Shown: positions 50,419 through 62,600 of the stretch, in pieces
Layout: each line of letters opens with the position of its first letter
Position numbering within the stretch: position 1 is the first letter of the stretch
NCBI GenBank assembly: GCA_047495785.1
Contig: JBLDXI010000023.1
Coordinates: forward strand, 434,001-498,000
Direction: 5' to 3'
Length of the DNA: 64,000 nucleotides
Origin: Lepidodermella squamata
Lineage: Eukaryota; Animalia; Gastrotricha
The notes under the pieces: model-generated
The model's input: the letters and a program-made list of their open reading frames with translations, nothing else
Database searches by the model: none
Told to the model about the DNA's origin: nothing
Position numbers and translations under genes: made by a program

Positions 50419-51949
50419 GGCTGATCTTGCTGGAGCAACTGTGATTGAACGTGAATGAAATTGCATGATCTCAACTCAATATAGTGAAAGAGCTTTACTA
50501 ATGTGATCCGTCTCGTATCCTTTATAATAGCGCTACAAATGTATTTTCGACGACTTTTGACTCCTATTGACTGGATGACCTTCGATGGTATTCGATGATG
50601 ATTGTTGAGTTGATCCTGTATCCTAGTTCTTAGAACGTGAGCCGGTTGACTGATAAATGAAGTGGTCCGTGTAAGAAGGAAGGCCCTATGATTTATGAAA
50701 TGTCGTGTCATTCCTGTCTTTTAACATAATAAGTAGTTACGGGTTGGTTGATTTTGATTTACCCCGAAATGCATCCACAAAAAAGTCATATCATGTTTTG
50801 TTGACAATATTTCAGTAGTGGTTATGAATTTCCCCTATTTCTAACCTTATTACTATGCACAATCTAATGAGCCGCCAGACTCACTAAACCTGTTAATATT
50901 TGGAAATTATTGTAATGCTTTTTATTATGAATATTACGATGAGTATTGTGAATGAAATAACAATTCAATCGTAATTTAGTGACCTGTTTCAACTTCAAGA
51001 TTTGTGTTACTAGCAACGAGAAAACAAGAGAGATACAGGTTTGCATCCCAGAAAGAAAGACAGGAATCTAAATGATAGAATCGCGTTAGGAGCCTGTTCG
51101 ATGCTTTGACGGCGAGCAACTCTGTTCTGTCTCGTGCCACCGGAAGTTCGAATCTGTCGCGTGCACTCGTCATCGATTTTCTTCTCATTATGCATACTGA
51201 TCTTTTGCTTCTTGCATGGTGTGAATTATTAAAGACGCTCTAACAGCTCTATACTTGCTGAATGCTGAAAGCTCAGCACTTTTCCGAAAATGTTCACGCG
51301 TGCTGTTTTCGATATTTTTCGACAATTTTGGCTCTGGGTTGGCAACTTAATCAAACGAGTGATTTCGGGCACATCGGCAAGCAGGCGTACCGAAACGAGC
51401 GAAGCAAGCAGCCAAACGTGGCCTGAGATAGACTGATATGCAGATGGAAAAAACTTACCCAACCTTTGTCGTTGATTGCCTTTTACTATCATTCATTGCT
51501 CCACGAATTTTGTTTATAGATCTTTACATTTCATCGCGAGTGTTAATATAGTGCTCTATTTTATGATTTAATCTTGATTCCTAATTTTGGCTCCGCTATG
51601 ACAAGGAGAATAATAAAATAATCGGCCTGCCCGAAATTAATCCATCATGGACGCACTGTCTAAAATTGGAGCGAAGGCGGATTTCATATCAGGCATGTAT
51701 TAAATAACCATGATGGCAGCTTGAATACAATAGCGTAACGAGACTTGACATGTTGTTGTAGAGCACATTCCTCAGATTAAAAAACCCCAAGTTGGCATGC
51801 TTGCCGAATTGCTGACTACGCACGAGAATGCCATGTTAGAATCATGTTTATTGCTTGATGATACCTGACAAAATGTATTTGAGAATTTAGTTTCAAGATT
51901 TTTCAAGATTCCGCAATATCCTTTTCAGATTGAGTCAGTTTGAAGTCCC

Positions 51950-54900
51950 ATGCATTTTAATCTGTTGATTTTTCTCGGAATAAGCTCTACCGGCTCGGTC
52001 GTTTATGCTGGAGTGGTCGACGACAGTGTAAGAGCTTGTAAGGTTTCAAGTCAGACTGAAAATTTGTTTTTACAGGTTTTCGGCCGTGCAATAATATCCG
52101 GCCAAATTGCAACAGTTGAGCAAATGCTGAATTCCGGCCTTGTTAACGCCAACTCCATCTCGTATTATCGCCCGGGACGCCGAGCCCCAGCTATAATACA
52201 CGCAGTTCGAACAAATCAAAGCTACGAAATGGTCGATATCCTTCTAAAAAACGGCGCAAATGTCGAGACGAAGGCTGAAGAATTTGATATGAAAACTCCA
52301 TTTCTCTTTGCTACAAGAGCTGGCAGGCTAGATCTAGTGAGACTTCTTGTTGAAAAATACAATGCTTCAACTGACGCTCGAGACAGCAAAGAACAAACGG
52401 CTTTGATGGTTGCATTTGATGGCCCGATCACTATAGACTATCTTCGACTAGTCTATTACTTATTACCATTCGAATCACCCGATTCCAGAAACTCAGACGG
52501 GCAGACTGCCCTTCATAAACTTTGTAATGTTGCAACAACGGATCCAGTGCCGTTTGCTAAACTGCTAGTGGAGCAGTTCAAAATGGATGTCAATGCGAGA
52601 GACAAAGGTGGCGACACCCCGTTGCTAATTGCAGCTAAAACTGGCTATTCGATCACTCTACTTCAGTACATGATCGACCAAGGAGCTGATGCGCAGGCAA
52701 GGAATAACGACGGCGATAACATGTTGCTTCAAGCTTGTCAAATCGATCGTACGGAGTTGAGCCCCTTGACCTTTATCAAGTTCGCAATTGAAGTCGGCGG
52801 CAATGACTTGAACTCAAGGTCAAAATTAGACGGTTGCGACTATCGGCTTCAAATGCGTAGTGGTGCGCAGGTGCGCGACGGGGATCTTGTCGAAATTATG
52901 CGCTACTTAGCTAGCAAAGGCTATGATTTCAACGCTAAGAATGGCAATTTTAGTTATACCGCTCTAATGTCCGCAGCAGCGTCAAATGATCGACAGTTAA
53001 CTCTAGAGGCCTTGCTCGATCTTAGTGTTGACGTGAATGCGAAGAATGACAGGGGCGAGACAGCCTTAGACATTGCGACAATGCGCAACAATAAATACAG
53101 CGTCATCAATCTGAGACGACGAGGTGCTGTCCTGGCTAGTGAACTTAATCTGACATCAACGAGCTCATCATCTACATCTCCGACAAAACCTGAGGCTATC
53201 GTGACTTCAAAGTTTTGGCCACTGACCCCTAGCGACGAGGCAATTGACGATGGTCTGCAACCGATTGTCGGAGCAATTTTCAAGGCAAGATCAACTGTGG
53301 CAATGAAGCCCACGACAGCTCGAGCAGCCGCAAAAGCTGTGCGTTATGAATCGCAGAATCAGCTTAACTCGGTAGGTTAAATATTTACAAGGAGGGGTAG
53401 TCTCGAAGCTGTTCAAATTGTTATGCTTACTTAGTCGATGAAGCTTCGACTCTATCCCCGGCTAATCTTAGCCGAAGGCGGTTCCGCATTGAAACATATT
53501 AGTATCGGCTAAGATGCCGAAGATTGCAGTTGAAAGTCGGCAATAATTTTGATTTCAAAAAAGTTCGCCGATTTTCTCCTTTTTGTAATCTTTCGCTCAA
53601 TTCCCGGCCCATATTAGTTCCGTCCAGTCGGAGGGTAAAAGTGGACTGCAAAACGCGCATAAGTCGAAATTTTTAGAAATTTCAAGGCCGCGTGCGTCAA
53701 AGTCAAAGGGCAAGTTTTGATTATTTAGTCCACTTTTACCCTCCAATTGCGCAACCGACGCTTGGGGGCCGGATGGAACTAATATGGGCCCGGAATTTTG
53801 CTAATCTTTCTTGTCCCTCGCCTTATTGTTCTTCTTTCCTGGCGAATTTCTTTGGAAAGACCTATAAAGTACACAACCAGCTCAGCACATCAAAATGGGC
53901 CTATTTAACCGATTTTTCTTGATTTTTTCAGCGATTTGCTCAAAACGTGAAAAATGGGGACGTTATTGCTGTTCGCGAAATGATTCGACTCAACCAATCT
54001 CGAGGGGACGCGGTTTTCATAGAGCAGCAAAGAGACTATATGGATTGCCAGACGTTTATTTACTACCAACCCATCCCAGCAGTGGCTGCTGCTTTAAATG
54101 TCGTCTATCCTTCTTTGGAAATGCTTCGAATGCTGCTAGAAACCGATGGAGATGCCAATGCGATTCATCCAGAGTTCATGAAATCTGCGCTAATGCTTGC
54201 CGCCGAACACGGTCGCCTTGATCTGGTGCAATTGCTCTGTCAATACGGGGCTAATATTGATTTCGAAGTGAACGGGAGAACGGCGATACTCGACGCTGCG
54301 GCCACGAAACTTGAGGTCGCGAAATACCTCTTTTCTCAAGGAGCGTCTAAAAACGTGGATCAAATAATTTTCGTGGCTTGCCGAATCTCCACAATGCCTG
54401 CTCTCCCCATGGTAAAATTCGCTATTGACGAAGCTGGGAATTCTGTTTCTGACAAGGATACTGAAGGCAGGACCCCGCTTGCAGTTGCTGCAATGTACTT
54501 AAAAACGATAGATCGAATTCAAGTCTACGAATATCTGATATCAAAAGGGGCTGACGTCAATCATACCTGGATAAATTCGGCCGAATACCGAAATTATACA
54601 TTGCTGCATCACGCGGTACGTGTAAAAGACTTGGAACTGGCTAGATTCCTAATCAAAGCCGCTGGTATCAGCCTTGAAGACCGCGACTCGACTGGAAAAA
54701 CTCCATTATTGATTGCAGTTGATAGCCAAGTCAACAATATTATTGATCTGCTCGTCGGCTCAGGCGCAGATGTATTGGCGGTTGACAAAATTGGTAACAA
54801 CGCCTTTTTGTCGGCTTGTCAGATTGAGTACATGCCTTTCACGTGGGCCAGGCGATTTGTGACCTTCGAAGGAGTGGACGTAAATTCTCAGAACAACAAC

Positions 54901-55263
54901 AATGACACGTGTCTAACCCTAATTAACGGCGGCTACGAATTCAACGGTTTTGCCAAGTTTCTTGTCCAGAAAGGGTACGATATCCATCGCAAACTTCGAA
55001 GAGGAGATACCGTTTTGCATATCATCGCAGCTCGAGAAACCACGAAGAATGTTGTCGAGCTGATTGAAGCTGGATCTAATGTTAATGCGCTGAATGATGA
55101 AGGCTATGCCCCACTCGATTTAGCATTGATTTACGGTAATACTCGCGCTATATCTGCGCTAAGGGATGCTGGAGCTGACACGGCTAAACCACTGCCATTT
55201 TATCTAACGACAGTCACCACTTCCGCTTGGCGAATGGGTACAGCAACTACAGACCACAACTAA
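51950..55263 (+). CDS. Secreted ankyrin-repeat protein, array copy 9 (about 901 aa)
   Basis: Exons 51950-52027, 52076-53371 and 53932-55263. Intron 1 (48 nt) is in frame and stop-free, so the ORF track includes the signal peptide. Confidence 0.87.
53595..53801. mobile_element. Short (207 bp) MITE of the same MULE/foldback family, in intron 2 of copy 9
   Basis: Starts GCTCAATTCCCGGCCC and ends GGGCCCGGAATTTTGC. Shares GAGGGTAAAA..GGAC with the 30119 element. Perfect 9-bp TSD TAATCTTTC. Confidence 0.85.
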
Positions 55264-55419
55264 CCAAAACAGCTTGATTTCCTCGATATTCTTTGCCTTT
55301 TTCGTCGAGTGCTCAGAATAAAATGGATCTGTACCCTCTAGCTTTGGTGTTGGGTGTTGCTACATATACAATGCTGGAAAAATTAATGCGTGAATGTTCC
55401 CATAATTCAAGGGACTGAC

Positions 55420-55720
55420 AACGAGACTATTGGTCATCATGACGGCAGTTTTGAGATCAACTCTAGCTCGCCAGCTTGTTTGAGAGCGAACGAGCCCTTT
55501 CGAGCCTTGCCTTTCGCCATCTCAACGAGTTCGTCGAATAAGAGCTTATTGTCAATACGAGGGCGAGCGTGTTCATATATTCAGACGGCCTAATCGCAAC
55601 GCCACCGATGGTGACCGTGAAGTCGGGCGGCGTCGAAAGGTGCGGCTTGACCAGCATAAACTTCAATTGTTTACCATTTACGGCCAGGCTATTCTGATCA
55701 ATGTGGTTTAAACACCGAGT
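55420..55720 (-). mobile_element. Degraded LINE RT C-terminal fragment
   Basis: NSLAVNGKQLKFML...VTIGGVAIRPSEYMNTLA, then after a frameshift IDNKLLFDELVEMAKGKA. This is the typical post-RT LINE motif (N-x-L-x-x-N..K..LG..D..L.F). Confidence 0.6.
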
Positions 55721-56182
55721 TGATTGAACAATATACTGTTTTTTACACAAAACGCGCCAATCGCGATTTCGCCGGTCGTTTTGGTTGTTAATATTATCAT
55801 AATTTAAATTTATTGCCACAAATAATAGCGGAATTGTCAATTTCATCGCCAACTCAAGCCAGCGGAATGTCATCGAAGCCAAATTAACAATTTTTGGAGC
55901 CTCCAAGGCCATTGACACGGCTTGCCGGTAGATTCCAGAATAAAGTATTGGCTTTCCAGATCGCGCATCTTCTTCCCCTAATCTGTAAGCTGATCTGTAA
56001 GCTGATCCGGCAGTTTTTTGAGCAACCTGATAGTTTTTTGAATTCGAATTTTCTTCAGCTCATCTTATAGGAGTCATTTGTAAGTCATTAGTAAGTCGCG
56101 TTTGCAACTGGCAGTTTTTCGGCGCTGGTTGCTCGGGTTTTTCACGTGTAGAGATGCCACATCGTGTGTTTGGCGCTCATGT

Positions 56183-56202
56183 TGTGTGTGTGTGTGTGTG
56201 TG
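56183..56202. repeat. (TG)n microsatellite
   Basis: About 10 TG units. Confidence 0.9.
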
Positions 56203-56565
56203 CTGGCCCAGCTAGCTTGGATATCTTTTCACCGTATCTAATTCTTATAACTATCCTGTTTTGCGCAGAGCCGATGCTGACAACTTTCTGGCGATTGCGT
56301 GCTGCTGCCTTTTTGTAACATAGTCTTATTTTTTCAACTGCCATGGCTTCTGTATAGTTGTATGTTGAAACTATATTATGCTTTCATTTGGTTGATGCAA
56401 ACACGGCGGGTCGCTGGGTGCATTGTGTAATTTTCGGTCCCTTTCTCCGTCACTCGAAAATGCTCGGTCAATTAATTATGCCAGTAATGGGAAACAGGGA
56501 TATTTAAGAGCTGAAACCGCGGCTGTTATTCATTTTTCATTTCTTGAGAATTACTTGAGCTAATC

Positions 56566-57918
56566 ATGCCATTTCTAATGTTCGCTCTCATAGCCGCTGC
56601 ATGTGGCATTGTCACAGCTTGCCCTGCAACATCGACAACGCCCTGTCCAAGATTAGCCACGGCAACTGATTCCCCTGGAACTTGCCCGAATGGCCAGGCC
56701 TGTTACACCACATCAAACCCCTGCAATTCTGGCTCTTCGTGTGTCGCATCGGCTAACGTATGTGATACAACTGCGAACAACTGCGTCGCCAAAAGTGGCG
56801 CTTCTTCGTGCACTATCGGCCAGACTTGCACGCCGTCTGGCAATGTCTGCGACGCTACTGCAAAGAATTGCATCGCGAAGGCGGATACTCAATGCCCATT
56901 AGGACAAGCTTGCACGAACCCAGTAAGCTGTTACCTCGATTACCGTTATAATTTTACTCGTATGTGAATTAATGTGAACAGGTAACCTACAAGTTGTGTT
57001 TGATAACTAAGACGCAGGGCTCATTGGCGTCTATCGCTAAAACTAGTGTTCCATTCTGCACGGCAAATGGTGGCGCGTGCAACTCGGTTCTGACAACCGG
57101 AACCAGTGTAAGAAACTCTGAGTTCATTAGTTTATTCACTTTGAACTAAAGTGACTTGACAAGGGCCATGGCATAAGATATTTCGAAGAAGGCAGGACAA
57201 AGAATCCTCAATTTGAGTAGCGTTGGACTACATGCAAATGGCAGATTGCTGACGATATATTAGTACTTCAGGAATTCGCATTCGCCTCGTTTTCGGCTTT
57301 CTGACGGTACCCTGTACCCATTTCAAAGGATAGCCCTGACCTTTTCGAGATTTTCTATGCCAATGCCTTTGGCTTAGTCAAAGTGGTCCCGACTATGGAA
57401 ACCTGAATGCAACCTTTGTACAACTTTGATGCAAATGAGATTATGGGCTATTTCTTTACAGGCAGCTCCTGCCGATCCCAATACGTTTCCTTCGTTTGCG
57501 GACTGCTGCAATGCAGCCAAAGACGCTTCTTCTGTCATGTACGAGGTTGTTCCTGGCACGCCGCCTGTATTGGCATGTATACAAAAAAAGGACGCTGACA
57601 ACCCGTACAAAGTAGCCTCTGCTACGGTTGGTGGAGCAGTCGGGGGTGATCCTAGCGGATTATGTTTCCGCTTCCCTTACACTACATCGGTCGACACATA
57701 TGTTGCTGTCTCTACTTTAATAGTAGGTTTTTGACAAACAGCTTGTTCATGTTGTTTATTTTTTCTCGTCATTTCAGGTAACCAAACCCCCCGGTGTGTA
57801 CAGCGCTGCAACTTACCAAGAGTGCTGCGGGCTTCTATCGCCGAGTCCCCTCAGCCATGCAGCCACAGGCAGTGCTTATGGCGCAAGTGGTTTTGATACG
57901 TGCACTTACAGAGAATGA
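56566..57918 (+). CDS. Secreted cysteine-rich protein (4 exons, about 294 aa), family unknown
   Basis: Exons 56566-56922, 56982-57107, 57462-57722 and 57778-57918, all GT-AG phase 0. Signal MPFLMFALIAAACGIVTA. Repeats CxxGQxC...NVCDxTAxNCxAK. TATA-like TATTTAA at 56501. Confidence 0.78.
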
Positions 57919-59645
57919 ATGGCAAGGAAGAATAGTATTACAATGAAGATGAAGCATTCTGGCCAACTTTTTGCCTGTCTGGCTTTTCAGGCCAGGGCGA
58001 CCCTTTTTCTTATGACTGTTACTGCTCTATATGGGATTCAGATGTCCGCCACAGTTTGTATGGGTCGTGTGTGCCAATAAGCCAAATTTGTCATTAATTT
58101 CATTTGGCTAATCGATCCATGATCTATCTTGTGACTATCTCTCATTCATTTTGGCAACTGTTTATTAAATTAGGCGCATGCAAAATGAGATCAATATTCG
58201 TGATGTCTATATTTTCGCTCCGCACCCAGCATCTGCGCTTTGTTCCGATTACCCATAGCTCGCGGGCTACAAACTCAGATTTTAATAAAATATTCGTGGA
58301 ATTATAATGAATATTACGATGAAGATGAAGATGAAGCAGTCATTAATTTCATTATGCTTGACCTATGCTTGTTATTAGAACTGAAGCGACTTTACTAAGA
58401 AAGGATGGATACTTACATGTGTAGTTCGTCAGTTTTCCCATGTTTTTACGTAAAAACAGTAAAAAGCCGTTAAAACATGTAAAAAGGTGGTCGATTTTTA
58501 CATGTAAAACCAACAAAAATATGTAAAAACCAATCGCGATAATCATAGGTCATAATTAACAAGTAAGCTTGAGTAGATGAAGTTCTACAAGATAGTGAGC
58601 TCTTTCTCGTCTTTTTTAGCCTATGATTTTCTTAGCAGCATGAGATTCGCCGCCTCTCAGCGCCAGTCCCGCTCCTAATACTATTAATCCTACTCCTCGT
58701 CCTGAAGAGCATCGCCAGTTCTCACACTCCTAACTCAGCCTCTCTTACCACTACTCTCTTGAAATGAATGACCGCTTTCTTGCTATTTAATTGAATACTG
58801 AACATCGGTGTGCACCTGCGCTCTTGCCGGCAAAGAAAGTCGGTAAAGAAAATGAAAGCGGACACGCTGAATCTATAATGGCTTCTTCAGAGTTTTCCTC
58901 CGTCAAAGCCATCATAGTTTACAAGTTTCCATTTGCAAGTTTGTTTCGAAATCGTGTTTAGAGATGGTCCGTTTCTGTTGGTTGCGGGTTTTGTTCGTTC
59001 GATGGTCTTCCTAAACTTCCATACGTGGAAGCACAAGACCTTCAAGGGATCGAACGATTCTGTAAAGTCAGCAACTCACTCTACTTTACGAGAGGAACTG
59101 TCATAATCGAAGGACCTAATTTGACCTAATCTGAAATGCTGTATCGTGTCTGTGATTTGAATTTTCAGTCAAACAATGACTGCTGCTAACTTCCTGCCGA
59201 ATATGGGGGATTCACTGTGATGGTACTGCCGAAAAACGATTATTCCTGGTTTAAATCCGTGCAACATACATTGAAAATAAATAAGTAGGACGTAATAAAA
59301 AGAAGCGCGTGTTGTGACTCGAAGCCAAACTTTTTTTACTAGTTTTCAGCTGAAAATAGATGCATTGATGTCATCGTGGTGCCGTTGGCGTGATGCATTT
59401 TCATTTCAATCTACACTGGTCACAGGCTAGCCTTAGTGAGAAGATATCAAAACAGATTAAAAAAAATAAATACCTAAACGTCGTTGTGTTGGTGAAATTA
59501 CTACGAAAGAGTAATGGCAGAATAATCTTCTTATATAAGTAGTTAAATTGCCTACCCAATTTATAGCGTTGGGCTCACGCCACTTTCAAGCAAAAGAAAA
59601 CTTTAGTATTATTTTCCACGTCAATTCCAGTATTTCAGCTTGCAG

Positions 59646-62600
59646 ATGCGTTCTGTTTTAGTACTGACATCTGCGATCGCACTGGCCAATGCCCAAATCG
59701 ATTTCAACAGCGTAAGAAAGTAATCAGAATCTCTATGACTCTTTCATTACAAAAGCTGCATTCTCAGGCTTTTTTTGTTGCCGTTGGAAATGGCCAGCTC
59801 TCGACCGTCAGGCAAATGCTTGCGAGTGGCTTAGTGAATGCGTCTACAACATCGGTGATCCAGAACGATGTCGTAGCTCCAGCACTTATCAACGCTGTTC
59901 GGGTAAAAGCCAGACCATAATTATCCGAATTCCGATACTTTTTCAAGATTCCGCTAGCGCTTCGGTAACTCTCAATTTGACGGTAGTTATTTTACCGCAG
60001 CACGCAAACAAGGTCACCTCAATGCTTTAGCTGTAAAACGAACGCCGCCGCGTCTGCAAATTTTTACCGCACGCGGCGTTAGTTTTACCGTAAAAGCACT
60101 TGCGGCAGTTACTCTTTAACGCAAGCTTTTGTCTTTCCACTTCGCAAGAAGCATGCTGCTTATGAGCCATGGAGGAATCCTATGGTAACGCGTCATTTTA
60201 TAACACCCTAAACCAACAGGAAATGTTCCTGCCCAGTTGGTTATTTTTTGCCTAGACGGAAAAAGTGATTCTGCCCGATGTTTCTGCCCGCTGTTTCTGC
60301 CCGCTCAAACGATTAGGGTGGATTTTTTATTTTCGAAAATCAATTGATGCTCTCGAAAATTCGGGAAAACCTCTCACCTGAAATAATGTTGCACAACTTC
60401 AATTTCCGTTCCCAGTCCCTTTACTACAACCTTCAGACTCTGACCAAACGAGTGAACAAGTGAATAACCTTTATTAGAATGTTTAAACTTTAAAACAAGT
60501 GTTTGGGCCGGATTAATTGTTAATAACGACGGAGCAATTCGAGAAATTGAAGATCGGCATGGGTTTAGCTTGCTTTACGGGTGGCTCATCGCGCGGGTCA
60601 TTTTCGACGTTTCGAAGCAGCAGCGTTTGCGAGAAATGCGACTCGGCCACCACCAATCCTTCGGTTGGCTTGATCTCTTGTGCAGACACACCCGAAACTG
60701 CAGCTGATTGTCCATCACCGAAACCGACAGCCAGTTTGTCGCTGATACTTCGTCGACAAATCGGCTCCAGTGCTGCTTGGTTTTCCGAGCTGTGCCGTTT
60801 GCTTCAAAACCAGCCACGAAATTTTCGACTTCTTGAATGAACTCCGACGTATCACCCTCTTCATCGGATTCTTCTTCTTCGATATCAGCATCAAGTTCTC
60901 GTTCGAGAAGTCGAATTGGATCGGATTCTTCGCGCTGTTTCACTTCCACGGAGCCGTCAGCGAGAGCACCGAGGCCCAGGTCGCCAATATCAAAAGTGAT
61001 CTCCATTGAAAATTCGACGGAAATTCGCAATATTCAATTGATAATAAAACAAGGAAATGAACAACGAACAAAAAAATTCAAAAAAAAAAATTTGCTACAA
61101 ATTTTAAGCTGGATTTCTTATTTTCGTTATTAACAACGGTCATCTTTCATACGCACTATACACCATTCCCCATTTTCACTCGTCCGAGTGTCGGATTAAC
61201 GAAAATAACCAACTGGGAAGGAACAGGAACTCTTCCCTTGTGTCTCGGGCAAAACCTCGAATTCAGCCCTTGAAAATACCCTCGGGCTTCGCTTCGCTGC
61301 GCTCCGCTACGCCCTCGGGCATTTTCAGCGGGCAGAATTCTCGGTTCTGCCCTCAACACCGGGAAGAATTCCTTATTTCTGTTATACTCTTACTCTACAG
61401 CGGTTGCGTAAGACGCTCTATTAATTACCGTTTACGGTAAATTAATTACCGCAACTAGAGAACAATGGCTAGATGGAGTTACCGTCAAATGGAGTTATAC
61501 CGAAAGGCTAACGATTCCGGATGTAAAAGTGTTCAAATTTATTCTCATCTGTAAGGTTTTGCTCATTAAAAAAAGCTTCAGGTGTCACAACTTTCTCTGA
61601 CAATCGATCGACTTTCGAAAAAGACTGGCTCTCAATTCTTAAAATTGAATTATTTTCTTCTCAAAGGGGGAAAGGGGGTGGGAAATGAGGGTTATCGTAA
61701 ACCCCAGAAAACCACAGGGGGACCCTTTGGTCCTAAATTTGGGGTCCGAAAATACCCCTAGTTCGAGAATACTACTTCGCGCATTGAACCTTAGCAATGA
61801 TTGCTGAATGGAGCTTCAACAATCCGGCCGAGAATCCGCTTTGTTTGGGGAATAATTGTGATTAAAAAAAAAACTCGTCACAAGTCCAAACCCAAGACCA
61901 ATCGCATCAGTAACTTCTTGAAATATTGGCACTTATTTGAATAACTTATTTGAATAACTTGTTTTAAATTCAAACAGGCGAATAATTACGATATGGTGCA
62001 ACTTCTGCTCGAGAACGGCGCCAATGTTGAGGAGACGAACGAACCAGCTAGAGATTACGAGTTCACAATGCAGCGAACCCCACTGCTATGGGCGGCATAC
62101 CAAGGCCAGCTGGATATTGTCCGGCTTATGCTTCAAAAGTACGGCGCCAAATTGGACGCTGCCGATCGGGACGGCTATTCAGTTCTCAGCACACTTTTCC
62201 AACTCAAAATTCAGCCGCAGAACTACTGGTCCTACGTCGCACTCACCAGCTACTTGCCTGGGGAATTGCTGAATTGGAGAAGCGCAAGGGGTCAAAACGC
62301 TTTACACTTCGCCAGCCTTGTAAGCCCTACAGACCCGATGCCTTTCGTTCGAATTCTAGTTGAAAAGCATAAATTCGACGTCAATGCGAGAGATAACAAT
62401 GGTTATACTCCTCTACTGATGGCGGCTAGAGTTGGCCGATCACTAGACCTGCTTCGTTACCTCATCGAAAAAGGAGCCGACCCGAAGGCGGCGACTGACG
62501 CCGGTGAAAACTTGCTATTGAGTACTTGCCAAATCAGCAACAGACGCGAGGCTTTAAACTTCATCAAATTCGCTATTGAAGTCAGTGGCAACGACGTTAA

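Noticed and set aside
50860-51500. Possible small minus-strand spliced gene
   Set aside because: One GT-AG pair, but no frame gives a convincing or recognisable protein.
58840-58915. Minus-strand AIIDSACP resembling a retroviral aspartic protease motif
   Set aside because: A single short motif with no gag, RT, integrase or LTRs nearby.
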